NCBI GenBank assembly: GCA_003554445.1
Contig: PWGJ01000086.1
Coordinates: forward strand, 1 to 46,017
Reading direction: 5' to 3'
DNA from: Candidatus Nealsonbacteria bacterium
GTDB taxonomy: Bacteria > Patescibacteriota > Minisyncoccia > Minisyncoccales > PWPS01
Length of the DNA: 46,017 nt
How positions within the stretch are numbered: position 1 is the first letter of the stretch; the number at the start of each line of letters is the position of its first letter. Positions 44,287-46,017 of this stretch are shown in pieces. The notes below the pieces were generated by a model. That model saw only the letters and a list, made by a program, of their open reading frames with translations, ran no database searches and had not been told where the DNA came from. A program made the translations under genes and the position numbers.

Positions 44287-44314
44287 ATTTTACCAGAGAA
44301 ATCTTTTTTGTAAA
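44287..44314 (-). promoter_or_regulatory. Candidate tRNA-Glu promoter, -35 TTTACA / 16 nt / -10 TAAAAT
   Basis: The reverse complement of 44309-44314 is TTTACA and of 44287-44292 is TAAAAT. The -10 ends 13 nt before the mature tRNA 5' end. Confidence 0.4.
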
Positions 44315-44905
44315 CTAATTTTTTATCTTTTGAGTCAGACTAACAAAATTAATATTCAGAAGAACACCTACTCCCAAAGATGCAACTACTTGCAAAACAT
44401 CATCTTCCGTCTTTTTTCCGGGAATCCATACCGGGACACTGCTTCCGTCATAATTAAGTTTAAAATTCGTTTTTTTATCATGTATATTCATATCACTAAT
44501 GTTGAAATCGGCTTCCGAATCAAATCCGAAACTCAAAAAATATTTCATTCTTTTTCCGGAAAATTTTTCTTTGCTTTCAAAATCAACCAGCAATGTATCA
44601 CTCTTTTTCATCGTTTGTATTACCTCCTTTTCATCAGTTATATTTTCCGAATTAACTACGGTTATAACTTCCCTGAAATTGGAGAAAAGATCTTCAGTTT
44701 TTTGATTATTGCCCTCTCTTGTCACTATAATCACATCATAAAAAATAAAAAGTAATCTATTCATCCCTCTATCGGTTGGCTCAACCCTTTTCACTTTTAA
44801 AAAATCTTGAATTAAATCAAAGATAAAATCTGCAGTCTCCGTACTATTTTTACCCGTTACGAAAACAAGCTTGACACCTTTCCATTTTAATATGCTTTTT
44901 ATCAT
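44315..44905 (-). CDS. Half-size, degenerate Mur-ligase-like protein (central domain only; possibly a relic)
   Basis: 196 aa in the position where murE/murF usually follows ftsI. VFVTGKNSTE sits where the Mur ligase P-loop TGTNGKT would be, but the Lys-Thr is lost. The tail NYDGSSVPVWIPGKKTEDDVLQVVASLGVGVLLNI resembles the end of the Mur central domain. Confidence 0.4.
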   Translation of the reverse strand: MIKSILKWKGVKLVFVTGKNSTETADFIFDLIQDFLKVKRVEPTDRGMNRLLFIFYDVIIVTREGNNQKTEDLFSNFREVITVVNSENITDEKEVIQTMKKSDTLLVDFESKEKFSGKRMKYFLSFGFDSEADFNISDMNIHDKKTNFKLNYDGSSVPVWIPGKKTEDDVLQVVASLGVGVLLNINFVSLTQKIKN

Positions 44906-44907
44906 AA

Positions 44908-46017
44908 TTAATCTCTTACGTAATCCGGCGGGATCTGTTTATAATCTATTATATAGTTAGCCAACTTTCTAAATACAGGCACAACGGAAACCTCAGCTGT
45001 CGGAGCTTCCGGCCTATCCATCTTTACTAAAATTACAAATTCGGCATTTAAAGGGCCATAGCCTATAAAGCTTTGAATCGTTTCGCTTGAGTATCCTCTC
45101 CTATTTTCACCCAAAACCGACCAAGGTATTTGAGCGGTTCCGGTTTTTCCGGCCAGATAATAACCCGGTATTTTGGCTCTTTGTGCCGTTCCTTCTTCCA
45201 CCGTACTGATTAGCATGGAAGTTACTTTCGAAGTCGTTCCGGGTGAAAAAACTCTTTTACTTCTATCCGTGGGATTGAAATTTTTTGTTATATACGGCTC
45301 TACGAGCTCACCCCCGTTTGCCAAAGAGGAGAAAGCTGCAAAAAGTTGAATCGGGGTAACCTCTATTCCTTGACCAAACGAAGCATTGGCAAAATTAACG
45401 TCATACCCTTCTTTAAATACTAAATTTCTAGAAAATACCTCTCCCTGCAAATCTATTCCGGTTCGTTCAAAAAAGCCTAAATCATTTAGGTAGTCCAAAA
45501 ATATTTGATTTTCCAATTGCTGCTGAACATAAATCATCCCGGTGTTAATTGACATTTCCATAACCTCGGTCATATCAACCGTACCCCAGCTTCTTTGACC
45601 ATAATTCCGTAAAGTGTGTCCGCTTACAACCTCATAGCCTTCATCGTGATAAGTGTCCTGCGGGCTAACTACACCCTCTTCAATACCCATTGCCATCACA
45701 AACGGTTTAAAGACCGATCCGGGCTCAAAAAGTGACTGAATTGCAGTATTTTTAAAAACATCCAATCTTTCCGACCTGTAATTATTGGGATCAAATGTGG
45801 GGTAATTTGTTAAAGCCAATATTTCTCCCGTGTTAGGATCACCCACTATTACCGTTCCCGAAGTCGCATTTAAATCCTCTACCGCCTCTGCCAGAAATTT
45901 TTCCGCCATAAACTGTATGTTGTAGTCAATCGTAAGATCTATACTCATCCCCATTTGGGCGGTGTCTTCGGTAATTACTATACCCGTTGGGCTCTTTCTC
46001 CATGCCTCTCTGACACC
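44908..46017 (-). CDS. Penicillin-binding protein 2 / FtsI-type transpeptidase, C-terminal part (N-terminus beyond window end)
   Basis: SxxK (GSVFKPF), SxN (MSINTG) and KTGTA motifs. The frame stays open from 45954 to 46017, so the ORF-track Met is probably internal. Confidence 0.85.
   Translation of the reverse strand, partial: GVREAWRKSPTGIVITEDTAQMGMSIDLTIDYNIQFMAEKFLAEAVEDLNATSGTVIVGDPNTGEILALTNYPTFDPNNYRSERLDVFKNTAIQSLFEPGSVFKPFVMAMGIEEGVVSPQDTYHDEGYEVVSGHTLRNYGQRSWGTVDMTEVMEMSINTGMIYVQQQLENQIFLDYLNDLGFFERTGIDLQGEVFSRNLVFKEGYDVNFANASFGQGIEVTPIQLFAAFSSLANGGELVEPYITKNFNPTDRSKRVFSPGTTSKVTSMLISTVEEGTAQRAKIPGYYLAGKTGTAQIPWSVLGENRRGYSSETIQSFIGYGPLNAEFVILVKMDRPEAPTAEVSVVPVFRKLANYIIDYKQIPPDYVRD

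Noticed and set aside
1-46017. The possibility of an alternative genetic code (UGA recoding, as in some candidate phyla).
   Set aside because: Long uninterrupted ORFs with recognisable full-length homologues are obtained with the standard code. TGA is used as a genuine stop, for example at the SIMPL gene at 19831-19833.

Overview
AT-rich, very gene-dense 46 kb bacterial chromosomal window. Almost all genes are on the minus strand, many with overlapping start/stop codons. The plus-strand exceptions are 23372-24607, 33015-33458 and 36489-39814. The standard genetic code fits.

Gene content is housekeeping plus anaerobe-type metabolism:
- Replication and repair: dnaB, dnaX, recR, rmuC, dinB, xseAB, two UvrD-like helicases.
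- Translation: cysS, rplU, ychF, tRNA-Gln, tRNA-Glu.
- Cell wall: ddl, an FtsI-like PBP.
- Redox: an [FeFe]-hydrogenase with a NuoF-like partner, desulfoferrodoxin, flavodoxin.
- A four-gene glycogen operon containing a eukaryote-type GT3 glycogen synthase.

Small proteins, missing pathway partners and hyper-acidic secreted proteins suggest, by inference only, a reduced-genome uncultivated anaerobe of the CPR/Patescibacteria type.

The most unusual signal is non-coding. The 825-bp gene-free gap between tRNA-Glu and an amino-acid permease gene (43374-44198) holds a tandem array of a ~129-nt multi-stem element. There are three full copies plus several half copies. Their sequences have diverged, but every helix is kept by compensatory changes. 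The array period also duplicates the last 23 nt of tRNA-Glu. I do not recognise this as any known RNA family.

Secondary points of interest:
- A stand-alone compact OLD-family ATPase/Toprim nuclease islet, divergent from an unknown 142-aa gene.
- A WYL-like / membrane metzincin / helicase-nuclease operon.
- A terminator-bounded small basic ORF.
- An 18-bp direct repeat bracketing a hyper-acidic protein gene.
- A degenerate half-size Mur-ligase-like gene.

No CRISPR array, rRNA, transposase or integrase gene is visible in the window.
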